This document shows, one piece after another, positions 62,521 to 64,000 of a stretch of DNA of 64,000 nucleotides. Origin of the DNA: Selaginella moellendorffii (taxonomy: Eukaryota; Plantae; Lycopodiophyta); NCBI RefSeq assembly GCF_000143415.4, contig NW_003314331.1, positions 666,114 to 730,113 on the forward strand, read 5' to 3'. Numbering within the stretch: position 1 is the stretch's first letter; the number at the start of each line of letters is the position of its first letter. The translations under genes were made by a program, and so were the position numbers. The notes below the pieces were generated by a model. That model ran no database searches, was not told where the DNA came from, and saw nothing but the letters and a program-made list of their open reading frames with translations.

Positions 62521-63532
62521 TTGTTTTAGATTTATCCAATTTATTCCCATGTACTTTTTACCCTAAGTTTGAATTCACACCAAATAGGTTATTTCATTTC
62601 ATTTATCAAACATAACTTCCTCCTTAGCAAGTATCCCTTGACTTCATGATGTATTAAGAGGCATATATCATTAGCTGTCTCTAGTTATTGGCACTAACAT
62701 AAGCTCATATTCATACTCATAACAACCTTAAACATGCTGATGCAGAAACAAATCTAGGCCTTGAACATACTAATGCAGAAATTAATTAATTATAGTGAGT
62801 TTAACCTACTTTACTTGGCTTAAGATTTGAGCCTCCCTAAGAACAAAAGCCATTTCATTAGCACCAACCTAGATCCAAGGCAATAGTGATGTAGAGTTCT
62901 GCCTTAGTCCACAAGGTACACTACAAATAGCTATTGGTGTGTATGACATGTTGGATGGCAGTGAATGAATCACCATTGTTGCTTTGGAATTATGGAGGGA
63001 GTATCAATTTGAGCAAATCATGTTTCATTTCAATTTTTAGAGATATAATGAATGAATTTCTACTCTCTTGATGATTTTCTTATATCATGTTGATGAATCA
63101 ATTTCTACTCTCTTAATGATTTTTTTTGTGTGTCAAGTTCATGTCTTGTAAATTGCTATGTAGAAACCTTGGTTATTAAGCTGTGATAAAGTGTTGGAAA
63201 GCCTGAAATATTTTGAACTATATAGCATTTCTCTATATATAAATCAATAGATAAATAATTTTATAGCATATGGGACTAGCTCAGAGAGCCATGCAAATGT
63301 TTATGCATCTAACTATGGGTTGGTGGCCAAATTATCTGTATCTTGCCTGATGGGTTCTTTATAAAGTCCAATTGGGTTTAGAATATTAGTGATGACACTG
63401 TAGTTAAGCATAGTAAATTTGAAAACATTTTAATTTATTTAACACAAGTGTCATTAAGGTAAAAAGCCTCTATGTTACTTACAATATTGCAAAAAAATAA
63501 TAAATAAATAGAAACCTCTTACAATCATCTCA

Positions 63533-63982
63533 ATGGCTTCCCAAAGTGTATTACTAATAATTATGTTCTTTTCTTTTATTGCTGTTTATTATGCACAACC
63601 ACCTCAAACTAGATGGGTTGGAGGTTTAGGCCACTTTGGAAATAGACATATATTAAGAATTATACGTCAAATTGGGCATTTAATAGAAGATAGAAGTACT
63701 GAACCAATCAGACCTCCTGAGGAAGGGTTTTATATAGAAAACACTATTACAGTTGGTTTTCAAGAAGTTTATATTCGACTTTATATGTTTCCATATGCTT
63801 TAAAAAATTTCTATTGTGATCCACTTTCTGAAAATGTTTCATTTACTGTACAATATTTAAAAGATACATTTAAGGAGATGTTAAGACTTGTTGACTATCA
63901 TGCACGTCTTTATGCTTTAAAAAGTATTGGTACAGTTTATAAATATTTTATTATAGGTTATATTGGTACTGGAAATGTGTAA
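63533..63982 (+). CDS. Small secreted AT-rich protein of unknown function
   Basis: 149-aa stop-free ORF in very AT-rich DNA with a signal-peptide-like N-terminus (MASQSVLLIIMFFSFIAVYYA). Confidence 0.5.
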   Translation: MASQSVLLIIMFFSFIAVYYAQPPQTRWVGGLGHFGNRHILRIIRQIGHLIEDRSTEPIRPPEEGFYIENTITVGFQEVYIRLYMFPYALKNFYCDPLSENVSFTVQYLKDTFKEMLRLVDYHARLYALKSIGTVYKYFIIGYIGTGNV

Positions 63983-64000
63983 GAGAAGCTAATGAAATTT

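Overview
Compact plant nuclear DNA with very short introns (about 43-70 nt), most consistent with a Selaginella-like lycophyte (my inference from intron size, gene content and sequence style). The left ~34 kb and the last ~7 kb are rearranged accessory DNA. They contain local segmental duplications, decayed Ty3/Gypsy and LINE elements, DEAH11/12 helicase-RBR and PPR pseudogenes, a multicopy two-zinc-knuckle gene family and AT-rich secreted bulb-lectin genes. A nest of TRIM retroelements at 13.7-16.3 kb includes an intact element whose LTRs carry the 5S rRNA internal promoter (Cassandra-type). The stretch at 34.8-56.8 kb is mostly ordinary conserved genes: aminopeptidase M1, CNMT/CFA-like methyltransferase, CCT protein, NPH3, tRNA-Thr, PAN/Apple protein, GPCAT, CCR-like reductase and histidine phosphatase. 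It also holds an intronless fungal-type kinase and a KAS III pseudogene. The standout is a spliced 8-exon gene (22567->20223) that fuses a cyanase-like domain, with its conserved Ser replaced, in frame to an intact amidase-signature enzyme.
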